Shown: positions 1 to 19,232 of the stretch, one piece after another | Numbering within the stretch: the first letter of the stretch is position 1 | How the letters are laid out: the number at the start of each line of letters is the position of its first letter | Origin: the human T2T-CHM13v2.0 reference genome, Homo sapiens | Length of the DNA stretch: 64,000 nucleotides | NCBI RefSeq assembly: GCF_009914755.1 | Contig: NC_060926.1 | Direction: 5' to 3' (one strand) | The notes under the pieces: generated by a model | Databases searched by the model: none | The model's input: only the letters and a program-made list of their open reading frames with translations | What the model was told of the DNA's origin: nothing | Position numbers and translations under genes: made by a program

Positions 1-236
1 TCTCAGCTCACTGCAACCTCCACCTCCCGGATTCAAGCAATTCTCTGCCTCAGCCTCTGGAGTAGCTGGGATTACATGTGCCCGCCACCATGCCCGGCTA
101 ATTTTTTTTGTATTTTTTTGTAGAGATGGGGTTTCACCATCTTGACCAGGCTGGCCTTGAACTCCTGACCTCGTGATCCACCCGCCTCGGCCTCCCAAAG
201 TGCTGGGATTACAGCCACAAGTCACCGCGCCTGACC
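1..236 (-). mobile_element. Alu (cut by window start)
   Basis: Alu consensus motifs. Confidence 0.95.
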
Positions 237-255
237 GGAATCTAAGCTTTTATGA

Positions 256-588
<333 letters not shown>

Positions 589-1576
589 TGTGCCCTTCTC
601 TTTAAACTTTGTTCCATTGCATTATTTTTTATGATGTAGTTTTAGATGTTATAAAGGGAGTGTAACGGGACTCACTCATGGACTCTTTTCCAAGAATTTC
701 TGCAGCCCTTGGAAACTCCCACATCACCAATGCAAAAAACCTAGTACCTGAATCCTGTGGTCTCAGCATAAGAAAATAGCCTTGGCTCATGGTTGAAATG
801 GGGACTGGGATATCCTAGGAAATGACCTCCTCTGTGGGGAGTATGGCGAGAGCTGGGTTGTCAGTCTCCAGGGACACTGCTATCAGTATCCTCCTTTTCC
901 AAAATAATTGATTATTCCAAATAATCCAAATTATTCCAAATAATTCCAAAATAATGATTATTCCAAAATAATCATTGTAATATCTCAGAATTAAATCTCT
1001 GGCTGTCCTTTCAACCATGTGGTTAGGGACCAGAACTGATTATTCCCAGAGCTGCCCATAGGTCACAGGGAAGGCAAGGACCGCGTGTTTCCTTGACTTA
1101 AACATGCTTGCTCTGGGCCACTGTGATCACACAGTTGTCTTTCTTCCATTATCCTGGGCCTGAACGCATCACACGCTTCCCTGGCTTGAGGCAAGAGGTG
1201 CAAGATAACTGAAGGTTATCTTCATGGTCATCTCGAGTATGACCATTTGGGGCGGGAGTTGCTTGTGCACGTGCATGTCTGTGCATGTGTGCATACTGCT
1301 TATCTCTCTGCGTATCTGTTGGGCTGCACTTGCTATGCTTGCGCTACAGCCCCTCTTCTACAGTCCTGGCTGGAAGATGGAGGTGAGATGGCTGGATGAT
1401 AGTGGCAGGGAAGGGTGTTCACATGGCTGCTGAGCCACATTTACAGGCTCAGGCCATTCTGCTCAGCTGTGCACAGTTGGAATACAGGGGGTTATTGTTA
1501 CTGGAAGTGAGCTCCCTGTTCTAAATTCCACCAAAGTGTAAGTAACATGACCCAGGATGAGAATTCATCATGATTC

Positions 1577-2012
<436 letters not shown>

Positions 2013-2024
2013 CTAAAGCTTTTA

Positions 2025-2478
<454 letters not shown>

Positions 2479-2924
2479 CTAAAACAAGACAAAGAAGGAA
2501 AAGAGTGGGGCAAACATGGTGTAAAGAAAGGGCTGAAGAGAGAGGGTAAAGTGAAGGAGAGGATCTGTTGTTACCAGCAGGGCTAATCCCAGGCAATGCT
2601 GTGTGCCCGACAATCTTCTAGCCCAGCCCCCTACCGATAAGTCTCTAAGTACAATGCCACCAATATATAATGTGCTAAATATTTTAAATCAACTTTCTTT
2701 TCAGAACAAGTATCTAATTCATCTTAAATAATACCATGTGGGAAATAATAAGTTTGATATCTAGTTATATGTTTTCTAATACATGTTAGGATAAACACTC
2801 AATTAGTAACAGTATCTGTCCATCTATCCATCTGTGAAGCGCCAAAAACGATCCCGGTTGCTGTGCAGTGGTGTGCACGCAATTCCATGGAAAGTCCATT
2901 CCCTCCTCACCCCAAAATCCATCC

Positions 2925-3060
2925 CTTAGCCGTCATCATCTCTTACTGGAATTATCCAAACAGCCATCTCGTAGATGTCTCAGCCTTCAGTATTGGTCCC
3001 ACTCCAATCCTGACTATGACTACAAACTAAAGCCAGGGTGATAAATTCTAAAGTGAAAAT
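2925..3060 (+). mobile_element. L2 fragment (apparently continues at ~5280 and 5720-6235)
   Basis: CCCACTCCAATCC...GCCAGGGTGAT..TTCTAAAGTGAAAAT; terminal TGTTGAATGAATGAAT at ~6218. Confidence 0.6.
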
Positions 3061-3149
3061 TATATTATAATTAAAGTTGATTGATGAAATGCATATATTT
3101 AGCACTGTTCTCTTCTAATATTGTTGAAACCATAATAAAGAATTTTCTT

Positions 3150-3529
<380 letters not shown>

Positions 3530-3767
3530 TCAGATGGTGAAATGGTCCTAGAGAACGTGGGCCCTCAGAAGTAAGAAGCACACCAAGATGGGAAGAAGAC
3601 GTGGGACTCAGGAAACAAGAATCCAACCCATGAGAGAGCATGATGGGCAAGGGAGATGCCAAGATCACAGCTGCTGGTCCAGACTGGAGCAGGTGAACAG
3701 GTTCAGGAGAGTTTCCTCCACAACAGGAAACTGATAGAATCCCTGAGGTGTCTGAAGACATTGAGAG

Positions 3768-4504
<737 letters not shown>

Positions 4505-4869
4505 CTACAGGGGACTCAAATTTGTGATAGCACACAGAAAAGTGGACAACCAATAAAACAGCAGTCATTAACTCCAGACAGAATGCTCTATAGGAAACGT
4601 GATTCCAATGCATGACATGGCTCCACTGTGAATAGGCCCCGGGGGATGTGGGACTGACTATAATTCTGGAGACCAGCATGGGAAGAGAAGGGGATGGCAA
4701 GTGAGAACAGGGCAGAGGCAGTAAGGGGCCAGTGCTCATTCTCCGTGGTAGGAGTGGATGGATAATGACGAAACTGGAAAACCATGTTTGAGATACCTGA
4801 AACTGAAAAGCTGAAGTATTTGAAAGTGGCTGGCTGTGGGGAGGAAGTAAGGGTATGAAACAATTTGCC

Positions 4870-5225
4870 TTTTTTTTTTTTTTTTTTTTTTAATGAGATG
4901 GAGTCTTACTCTGTCACCCAGGCTGGAGTGCAGTGGTGCGATCTCAGCTCACTGCAACCTCTGCCTCCTGGGTTCAAGTGATTCTCCTGCGTCAACCCGC
5001 AGCCCACCCACACACCCCCCACACACCTCCAACACCCACCCCCGGCCCCCGCCCTCCAGTAGATGGGACTACAGGCATGCACCACCATGCCCGGCTAATT
5101 TTTGTATTTTTAGTAGAGACAGGATTTCACCATGTTGGCCAGTCTGGTCTCAAACTCACGGACTCAAGTGATCTGCCTGCCTTAGCCTCCCAGAGTGCTG
5201 GGATTATAGGCAGGAGCCACTGGCC
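4870..5225 (-). mobile_element. AluS with an internal C-rich expansion
   Basis: Dimer; TSD ACAATTTGCC. Confidence 0.9.
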
Positions 5226-5309
5226 ACAATTTGCCCCTTGAAACTGTAAGCAGTGCATAAATTTGAATTTAAAACACCAGATCATGTTACCTCCCTGCTT
5301 AAAACCTTA

Positions 5310-5720
5310 TAAGCAATCCTCGACTTAACGATGGTTGGACTTAGGACTTTTCAACTTTACGATGGTGCAAAAGCGATACACATTCCATTGTATTACACAT
5401 TCCATTCCTCTACACATTCAGTAGAAACCATTCTTTGAATTTTGATCTTTTCCTCTGCTGGCGAAATGTGGTATGATGAGATTCTGGGAAGAACGGCGAG
5501 CAATTCTGGTTTTCACTTTCAGTGCAGTATTTGATAAATTACATGAGATATTCAACACTTTATTATAAAATAGGCTTTGTGTTAAGTGGTTTTGCCTAAC
5601 TGTAGGCTACTGTAAGTGTTTCGAGGTTGGGAGTACTAAATGCATTTTCAACTTAATGATATTCACAACTTACAATGAATTTGTCAGAATGCAACCCTTT
5701 CATAAGTCAAGGAGCATCTG
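5310..5720 (-). mobile_element. MER47/Tigger5-derived DNA transposon
   Basis: TIR CAGATGCTCCTTGACTTATG on the minus strand ending at 5720 next to TA; diverged opposite TIR near 5310. Confidence 0.85.
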
Positions 5721-6231
5721 TAATGGCCTCTGTAAAATAGCTTTCGAGGCCTCTTCTGGGTAAGTCCTACCTACTGCCAGGGCCTCACCTTTCCCTGGTC
5801 CATATTGCACACTTCGTGTCAAGATACGCTTCGTCCCTACAGCCAGCCATATCCTCTCATCTCACATATCTAGAATTTTGAACATACGCCTTTGGACTCT
5901 CCCCCTCCTCTCCATTCCCTTCTCTGGGCAAACTTTGATTCAACTTCAAGTTTCCATTTGGCCTTCATTTTTGAAGGAAATGCACCTCCACCCCCTAAAC
6001 TCCCACCCTGCTAGACTGGGGAAGATTTCCCTCCCATCTGATTCCGTAATTCCCCTTCTTTCCTTATTCACTTCCCATACTTGCTGCTATTGCTTCCTTA
6101 ATTATTTTCAACCCTCCACTGGAGAACTCTGCCAGGGCAAAGAAAACAGTCTTTTTCATCATTATATTATCAGGGACTACCACTGTACCAAGGACATTGT
6201 AAAACTCAATATAGAGTTGTTGAATGAATGA

Positions 6232-6597
<366 letters not shown>

Positions 6598-6934
6598 TGA
6601 CTTTCAATTAGAAGAGTATTTAGGCATCTAGATATGAATGAACTATATAAAGCCAAATGCATAATTGGCCTGTTTGTATGATCCAGCTAGCCAGTGAGAT
6701 ATTTCTCTGTAGAGGATCCTTTCAGAGTCCCTCAAATCACACTTAGGTGGTGAAGTCACCTGTTTGGCTTCGTATTACTCAGATAAGCAATGTCGCGTAG
6801 TGGTTGACCACATAGTCGGTAGGACTGGACTCCAGGGTTCAAATCTCAGCTTTCCTACTTAGACCTTAGCAAGTGATTTAGCTTCCCACGACTCAAGTTC
6901 CCTATCTGTAAAATTGGTATAAGATAATGCTTGC

Positions 6935-6937
<3 letters not shown>

Positions 6938-6964
<27 letters not shown>
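6938..6964. repeat. (TA)n microsatellite
   Basis: Read directly. Confidence 0.95.
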
Positions 6965-7276
<312 letters not shown>

Positions 7277-7439
7277 CTTCATAGGTGTTTTTAGAGTGTT
7301 TTCAGCATGGTGCCTGGCACATAGTAAGCACTCAGTATATTATCATTATAGCTTCCAGATACCTTTCTCTATATGCACTCCAGTTTGTTAATTTTTTTTT
7401 AAGTGTAACTGGTCAAAATTAAACCCAAAACTATTTTGT

Positions 7440-8130
<691 letters not shown>

Positions 8131-8349
8131 AAGGTCCCAAATTACCATTTCTTAGAGATGTCTGCAAAATATGGGCTCTAAGGGTGTTTGTTTATAATAG
8201 CAAAAAACAGAAAACAACCTAAATGTCCAACAAGAAGAGATTGATTGCATCCATGTTTGTACATATTTTTAGTGGACAGCTTTTGCATTACAAAAAAATT
8301 AAAATTCTGCACATTCATGTGGCCTAAACTTATTTTTAACCATAGATAG

Positions 8350-8786
8350 TGTGGCTATTTGGGATTTCACTCCCTAGTTTTCCTTCCCTCTTCTGGTAAT
8401 ATCACTCTGACTTTCTTTGGGTGGAGGGAATTTCCCTTTCCCACTGGGTTACTTTTAGTGAAACTGTCTAATAAAGCAACTCTTGCTTCCCTAACCAGAG
8501 GGAGGATAGCTGCCCCAAGCTAGGACATTGAACTGTCTCTTCAAGGACTTTAAGGACTAAGAAAAATTGGAACTGATGTGTCACAGCATTGTGCCGTGAT
8601 CCAACTGGCTATTAATTCCTGCTGCCAGAAGCCCAGAGCTGCCCCGGTTCCTGCTCTTTCTAATTCTGATTTTCTATCTTTTCCTTTGATGTGGTGAACT
8701 CCCCATAACTCCCAATGAATGGCATTTTGCTTAAATTGTCCAGTGTTAGTTTCTGTTGCTTATGATAAAAAACTTTAATTGGTTCA
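8350..8786 (+). mobile_element. LTR33-like ERVL solo LTR
   Basis: 3' end TTTGCTTAAATTGTCCAGTGTTAGTTTCTGTTGCTT...TTCA resembles LTR33/LTR16 termini. Confidence 0.6.
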
Positions 8787-8848
8787 GTCAAGTCCCTTAA
8801 AATATTTTAGAACTGTTTTTAAAATCCCAATATATAAAACAGACTGCA

Positions 8849-9150
8849 GGCTGAGTGCAATGGCTCACATCTATAATCTCAGCATTTTGGGGGACTGAGG
8901 CAGGTGGATTGCTTGAGACTGAGGTAGGTGGATTGCCTGGGCAACACAGTGAGACCTCATATCTACAAAAAAAAAAAAATACAAACAAAAATTAGCTAGG
9001 TGTGGGGGCACATGCCTGTAGTCCCAGCTACTCGGGAGGATGAGGTGTAAGGATCACTTGAGCCCGGGAGGCAGAGGTTGCACTAAGCCAAGATCATGCC
9101 ATTGCACTCCAGCCTGGGTGACAGAGTGAGACCCTGACTCGAAAAATAAT
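8849..9150 (+). mobile_element. AluJ with an internal duplication/deletion
   Basis: Dimer. Confidence 0.9.
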
Positions 9151-9156
9151 CATACA

Positions 9157-9501
9157 GGCCAGGCGCAGTGGCTCATGCCTGTAATCCCAGCCCTTTGGGA
9201 GGTCGAGGTGGGCAGATCACGAGGTCAGGAGTTCGAGACCAGCTTGGCCAACATGCTGAAACCCTGTCACTACTAAAAAGACAAAAATTAGCCGGGCATG
9301 GTGGCATGCGCCTGTAGTCCCAGCTACTCGGGAGGCTGAGGCAGGAGAATTACTTGAACCCAGGAGGCAGACGTTGCAGTGAGCCGAGATCATGCCACTC
9401 TAGCCTGGGTGACAGAGTAAAACTCCGTCTTCAGAAAACAAACAAAACAAAACAAAACAAAAACATACAAACAAAAACCCAAACAGAAAAACAAGAAAAA
9501 A
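9157..9501 (+). mobile_element. AluS
   Basis: Dimer; (CAAAA)n tail. Confidence 0.95.
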
Positions 9502-9653
9502 CCAGAGTGCTCTTGCACGTGGGTGGTCTGTCCATTTGGCTCTTACCTGTGCAATAAACTCCCAGAGCTCTACAAATGCAGTGTAAAGTAGACGTCATCT
9601 TTTGAGAATGGAGTGTCTCCTCTTCCCTCTCTGGTGATGTTAAATGTATTGAC

Positions 9654-9711
9654 TTGTTATTTCCTATAAATCTTAATGTTTGTTGTTATTTCCTACAAAT
9701 ATTAATGTTTG
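9654..9711. repeat. 2 x 29-bp tandem duplication
   Basis: TTGTTATTTCCTA(T/C)AAAT(C/A)TTAATGTTTG twice. Confidence 0.9.
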
Positions 9712-10709
9712 TCCTGTCTTTCATGTTAGAAGCTTTTCCCAAATGTCTGATGATTTTTGGCTGTCAGTTTCTATTTAAAAGCAACCCAGTAAAATGATTA
9801 CCAGAAATGTACATGAGCAGGGCTTGTACCCAATTCTCCTGTTTTCAACTCCACTCCTTGCTTCTGAGGTCCTCGGTGCTTCAGATTCCTGAGACTTCCT
9901 GGCGTTCTGTTGCCCAAATTGTCTTCCTTCGTTGGCATCTCCTTTTGGAGTCACTTGCTTCCAGCTTTCTCTGTTCTGCCAAGTCAGTTACCACTCATCC
10001 ATTTATTTTCCACCTTCCAAAAATGCGTTGTCATTGCTGGTCCTGTCGTTTCCTCTCCTAATCTCTTTATCTGCGGATTTTTATCTTTCTTATTCCTTTC
10101 ATATAATTTTAGTGTTTTTTAGTGAGAAGTTTGGGTTCATTATTTCAGTAGAAATCTCTACCTTTTCTGGAGTTACCACGTTTTATTTTTATACTAAATA
10201 TAAATATGAGTATTTTTAACTTTATAAAGACACAGTCCTATAACATTTGTTTGTTGTCTACCAGTAGTCTACAAATCTATTAGTCAAATCAAAAAGGAAA
10301 TAAAGACGGTTACAATGATTTGTCCTTAATAAATTCATTGTGGCTCCAAGTATTCACTTAATTATTTTCTGGGTGTTCACAACAAGCAACACTGTTTAAC
10401 CAGGTGATCCTATTAATTGTCAATATTCAACACCAAGCTGGTGATTAGCAGAACCCACTATTTTCCTACCCAATTGCAATTCCTTTCTAATTTCTCATGA
10501 AATTTTAAAGCGTATTGATAGTTACTTTGCAATCCCTTTTCCAAGTCCCCTTAGCATCTTATAAATAAATGTGTCTAGACATGAGGTATTTATTAAAATA
10601 ATTACTTTAAATAAATTACTTCACCTACTGTAGGCTTTCATCCTCTTTTTGCAACATTTGTCCTAAATCTTTTTAGTTTGAAGACTGTACTAATTTTTTC
10701 TGGGAGAAG

Positions 10710-11538
<829 letters not shown>

Positions 11539-12373
11539 AGAAATTGGTACAAGGAGATGGTTGCAGATGACAGAACCCTGGAGAAATTGATGAGGGAAGG
11601 AATCTGAGCTGTCTACCTAGTTACTTAGGACTGAGAGCAGTAAAAATTCTGTTAGTATGTAGGGATAATATGTGCTTGATATTGTATAGTGGCAGAAAAA
11701 AATTAAAAGATAAATATTTTCCAGATCACTACTTATTAAAGCAATTATTTGCCCCTGCAAACTATAGGAAAGTCAAAAGAAATTCAAGAACTTGAGAGTG
11801 GTGTTCATTTCTTTTCTTGGCTCTAGTCTGCTTCAACAAAAATAGATGACAAGCTCAGCTCCTTAAATTCTCAGATCATAACACAGATTGACACACACAC
11901 ACTTTCTAAGACCATACTAAAATGGATCTCATTTCTCACAGCCATAGGACAGAGGTAACTGAAAGCCAAACTCCAGGAATTACCAAAATTACAAAGTCAG
12001 CTGAATTTTTAGCCTCACTAGGACCCGTATGTGAAAGAGCATTGATCAGGACCGCGTTTCCGCTCAAGAACTGGAATGAGAAAACATGATAATGTCTGAA
12101 AAACTCAGGGAACTCTGTACCCCCAAGCCACACTAAGCCTTCATCACCAGCCAAAACAGAGCCTGCGCCTATATGTAATGAGGCTATTGTTGCTGTACAT
12201 GAAGATGCACCTAAGAGAGTTATCTTGCAAAAGAAAGCCAATTATTTTCCTGTTCTACTCCCCTGACTCCTCATTATCTCCAAACATATAACTAGAATTA
12301 GGTACCAGCATGTCCAGGAGGGCCAATTATAAAATACAACCAGAGAGTTAATGATTAGCACACACTGGACAAG

Positions 12374-12411
<38 letters not shown>
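12374..12411. repeat. (CA)n microsatellite
   Basis: Read directly. Confidence 0.95.
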
Positions 12412-13000
12412 ACCCCCAAGATTTGCTAATTTACAGTAATGTGGAGGAACAGACATAGGAATGGATTTTCTGAGGAGGAAAAAACGAAATTTTAGATTCC
12501 GGCTGAATTTATCAATGCAGGTATGCTTTCTAGAAATTCAGATTTAGCAAATTGACTCAAGTAGCTGGAAATGTTTCTAAATATTTTCTTGGTTGGTTGC
12601 CTGCCTGAAACCTAGTCACTATGAAGGACAATGCCAAATGAAGCGGAGGTGCACAGTGGTGTCGCGAGGAAGGAATTCAGAAACGCTGGAAGACAGAAAT
12701 ACTGGAGGGCATTCACATGTCCTCTTTTTATGTCCCCAAGGTGGCCCAGAAAGCCAGTAAAGAAAATACCCGCATCTTTGAGAATGTTTAGTGACTGTCT
12801 AAGTAGGCCAGGAATGCCTATGGGAGAAGCTGCAGCTGCCATGGCTTCCCTTATTTTAACGGCAATGGACAGATCCCCAGTCAGCAGAGGCCAAATGGTG
12901 GCACTTAACTGCCAGTGGTGTGGGGACGTGACTTTCATCTTAGGCATCAAGGCCAGCATGATGACCAGAAGCTTCAGGCCTTCAAGCTCTTTGTTTTTGG

Positions 13001-13362
13001 TTTTTCGTGTATTTTTTTTATTTTTTATTTTTGGTTGGTTGGTTGGTTGGTTTGTTGGTTGGTTGGTTGGTTGGTTTTTGAGACAGAATCTTGCTCTGTC
13101 ACCCAGGCTGTAGTACAGTGGCACAGTCATGGCTCACTGCAGCTTCCACCTCCCAGGCTCAAGCAATCCTCTTACCTCAGCCTCCAGAGAGTAGCTGGGA
13201 CTACAGGCTCAAGCCACCATGCCTGGCTAATTTTCATACTTTTTGGTGGAGATGGGGCTTTGGCCTGTTGCCCAGGCTGTCTCAAGCTCCTGGGCTCAAG
13301 GAATCTGCCCACCTCAGTCTCCCAAAGTGCTGGGATTACAGGTGTGAACCAGCATGCCCATC
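13001..13362 (-). mobile_element. AluJ with (TTGG)n tail
   Basis: Dimer; (TTGG)n at ~13031-13075. Confidence 0.9.
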
Positions 13363-14060
13363 CCCTTCAAGGCTTTTTTAACATAGGTCATCAGTACCAA
13401 AACAAGTGATTAGCCACTAGACATCCTCAGAATCACAGAAATGGCCTCCTGACCTGTGGAATAAGGCCTATAGGTAAACAGGGTCATCTGGAAGTACCTG
13501 CACTTCCCCCTGCCTATCCAAAATCAGTCAAAACAACACTACATCCCCAGGGAAATCATCACCAGGATCTCATTAGGCGCAAGGTGCAGAGTTATATTAT
13601 ATTTCCATTAACTATTTAGTTTGGCTAGTACAGAAACTGGCTGGATCTTGAAAAACCACATGGGTCCTCAGTGCTCTTGTATCTGCTGTTCCAGATGGGG
13701 TCTCCTAATGTAGCCGGTGGTACCTGAAAGACTGCAATGATCCTTAATGCCTTTGTTCTCTATCCCAGGAGTTAGAAAACACCAGGAAAAGGGTTGTTCC
13801 CACCTGGAAGAGAAATGCTAGAGCAACACACCATCTTCCTCAACATTATCATCTGTCTCTGGATGACAATGAAATTCACAGGACACTGATTGTCTTTTTA
13901 TCCCATTGGACATCGTGATAGTCTACAATACTGATAACACCATGATGATAGGATCTGAAGACCTGGAAGTACCAGGTACCCAAAGTACCTTGATAAAACA
14001 CATACCAGAGTAAGGGAAGGAGGATGGGAAGGAGAGAGATTCTAAGAAGATGCAGGAGTT

Positions 14061-14349
<289 letters not shown>

Positions 14350-14485
14350 GACAACGCAGGAGTCTGTCACCTCAGTGACGTTTCTAGAGGTTGGTGGGGG
14401 ATCTAACTCCCATCAGAATAGCCCATACAAAATGAAGACTAGGTTTAGCACCTTTTACTCTCATCACTAAGAAAGAGGCATAAGT

Positions 14486-14788
14486 GGCCAGGTGCAGTGG
14501 CTCACGCCCGTAATCCTAGCACTTTGGGAGGCTGAGGTGAGTGGATTACCTGGGGTCAGGAGTTCGAGACCAGCCTGGCCAACATGGTAAAACCCTGTCT
14601 CTACTAGAATACAAAAAAAATTCAGCCGGGCATGGTGGCACGTGCCTGTAATCCCAGCTACTCGGGAGGCTGAGTCAGGGAGAATTGCTTGAACCTGGAA
14701 GGCAGAGGTTGCAGCCAAGATCACGCCACTGCACTCCAGCCTGGGCAACAGAGCAAAACTCTGTCTCCAAAAAAAAAAAAAAAAAAAA
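14486..14788 (+). mobile_element. AluS
   Basis: Full dimer; TSD AAAGAGGCA. Confidence 0.95.
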
Positions 14789-14825
14789 GAGGCACCAGCT
14801 TTGCTGCTTTGCTGGCCTTTTTAGA

Positions 14826-15426
<601 letters not shown>

Positions 15427-16335
15427 CCGGCCCTTTTTAGACTGTCTAGCTAACACATACCACAGTTTGGTGTGCGTCTCCAATCCATTTACCAAGTGAC
15501 TTGAAAGGCTTCCCAGTTTTCAGCAGGGGCCAGAGAAAGAAAATATTCTCCAAGTTGCAGCATGTGTGATTCGGCCACTTGACCTTAACAACCCAGTGGA
15601 TCCAAATGGTGCTTGAGTTATCAATGGCAAATTGGGTTGCAGCATGTAGCTTGTGGCAAGCCTGATCAAGAGAATCACTGTGGAGACCTTTATTGTTTTG
15701 CGTCAATCCGTGACCTCTTCAGTAAGCAGCTGTTACCTTTGTAAGAGATACTCTTGGCCTGCTACTGAGCCTTGAAAAAGACAGAATGTTGCCCATGGAA
15801 CATCGGTCACAGTGAGATCTTGAGTCATCCATTGTGAATTTGGTAATATTTGAGCCACAGTGCCATAAAGTTGGGTGTGGTTAGCATCTTACTAGAAAGC
15901 AGTGAGAACAGGTTCAAGTAGGTCCTGGAGGCACAATAAAAGAGAATTTGTTCACATGTCTAGTATGTCAACTCCTGCCACATTGCTGCCCCTTCCTCAG
16001 CCCACATCTTGTGGTCTCATGTGGAGCAGCCTACCAGCCGCATCTATTAACAACCCCACTCGGATTTTTTCTAAAGGACATGAGAGAAAGGACATCCTCT
16101 CAGTAGGCAGAACATATAGCATACCTCACTGTCCATTTTGTCTTGAAGAATTGATAACTTGAGGTAAGAGTTTACAATGAGTGTCTGGTAGTGTCTGGTG
16201 TTTTGGTTGTATAACAAAGGACTCGGAACAAGACTGCAGAATAGTTTTGGGAAAGAAGTACTTTTAATGACCTGTTGGTCAGAAATGATGTTGTCATTTT
16301 GGAGCAAGTCGTTTGGGGAAGAAGAAAGTGAAATG

Positions 16336-16652
16336 GGCCAGGCACAGTGGCTCACGCCTGTAATCCCAGCACTTTGGGAGGCTGAGGTGGGCAGATGACC
16401 TGAGGTCAGGAGATAGAGAACAGCCTGGCCAACATGGTGAAACCGCATCGCTACTAAAAATGCAAAAATTAGCCGAATGTGATGGCTCTCATCTATAATC
16501 CCAGCTACTTGGGAGGCTGGGGCAGGAGAATCACTTGACCCGAGCTGCGGAGGTTGCAGTGAGCCAAGATCATGCCACTGCACTCCAGCCTGGGCAACAG
16601 AGTGACTCTGCTTCCAAAAACAAAAAAACAAAAAAAGAAAAGAAAAGAAAAA
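16336..16652 (+). mobile_element. AluS
   Basis: TSD AAAGTGAAATG. Confidence 0.95.
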
Positions 16653-16888
16653 GTGAAATGACCCATAGAATGAACCCAGTTAATCAGATGAACAGATGAT
16701 TACCTACTCTGCCAGTCAACTTCCTTCCCAAACTACCTTAATGTTTGTCCAATGGGATTAAGCAAAATAGAAGCTCTGCGTTAACACAACTACAGGGAAA
16801 TTCCTGCTACTGAGTCCATTTTACCTGTGTTTCCTTCCTTAGTATGCTAAATACTTTTATGTATCTACTTTAAAAAGAAAAGAATTGT

Positions 16889-17220
<332 letters not shown>

Positions 17221-17770
17221 TTAAATCATAAGGCAAGTAAGGAATCCCTCGTGTGATTTGCTTTGAGTTGACTCACACTCATATCTCATCAAGATCCCTT
17301 TTTGCAATTATTGCTTCTCTACAGAGAGAGAAACAGGAAGTAGAGGAAACAGAGTTGAATATTTGAAAGGCAGGACATCCTCAGGGGGTAGGCCTCAGTA
17401 AAGTCAGCAATGGACAGATGTGACTACACTCTTGGGGATATATCATACTAAGCAGATTCACAAGAAATGGATGTTTCCAGAGTGCGCATGTACAGTTAGA
17501 AATGTAAGCACATAGAGGACTTAAATGTTCAAATTGGCTGATTTGCCAGACACATAGATAAGCTAAAATATAACCAGAAGATCGTGGCGAACCAGGGAAA
17601 AGAACAAAGGGAATCAGCAGGTTTATCTAAAGTCATTAAGCTTGATCATCGGATTCATCCATCTTCCCTATGGGAACATACCTGCCAATGGGCCTGAAAT
17701 ATCTGGGTTTGCTGGTCAGGGATGCCTGTCCCCCAGAGAGTCGTTTGCTTCAGGTCCACTGCCAAAGTCA

Positions 17771-18160
<390 letters not shown>

Positions 18161-18902
18161 GAGCGAGTACAACATAGTAGATAAGGGCAGAGCCCGAGAA
18201 TGTTAATACCGTCCTCTGAAAGTGTGACAACACCCACACACTCTGTCCCTTGTATTCCCCAATGCCTGGGACTCCCATTGTGAATAGTTACCTCCACCGT
18301 TGGCTTCTCTCACTGACAGTTACTGTGTCAATTGAAGTTGTGAATTACTTTGCCCTTACACACACCCAGCATTATATTCAGTTGTGCTGCTAGTTCTCAT
18401 CTCTTTATTACAAAACCAGCTCCTTTTCTAGAGTCTCATGTTGCACGCATTTCTGTTTCCCCTTAGCGGTGTCCCCTTACCACCACCACTAAAGGAAACT
18501 CCCCTTCTTTATCCTGTGACAGCCTCCTCGTTGCTCTATGACCTGGGTCTCTTACGCTGCCTGCTCTCAACTCCTTGCAGCCATGTCCACCAGTTCCCTC
18601 TACCTGTGGAACCCAGGCTTCTTCCATGGGTCTGGAGTGGAGCTCAAGAATCTGCCTTGCAGCAAGCTCCCCAGGGGCTGCTTGGTGCAAGCTGAAGGGA
18701 AGCCCTCTGTGAATCACCTCCTTCAGTTCCCCAGCGAGCTTCCTAGAAGAGTGACATTGGCCAGACTCATCTGCTACTTCATCTGTTGCCACATCACAAA
18801 CCTGCAGCTTAGCTACTTGCAATCTGGTGAGAAACAGAAGAAAGAGAACAGAGCTTAGAAATAGGCAGACCTAGGCTGGAATCCTGCTTGTATCATTTAT
18901 TC

Positions 18903-19232
<330 letters not shown>

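Noticed and set aside
896-976. CRISPR-like or other prokaryotic repeat array
   Set aside because: No unique spacers and no cas genes; the window is clearly primate DNA
12631-13113. 160-aa ORF as a functional (domesticated) Gag
   Set aside because: Only a short part is Gag-like; it runs into a microsatellite and Alu, and the surrounding provirus is full of stops and frameshifts
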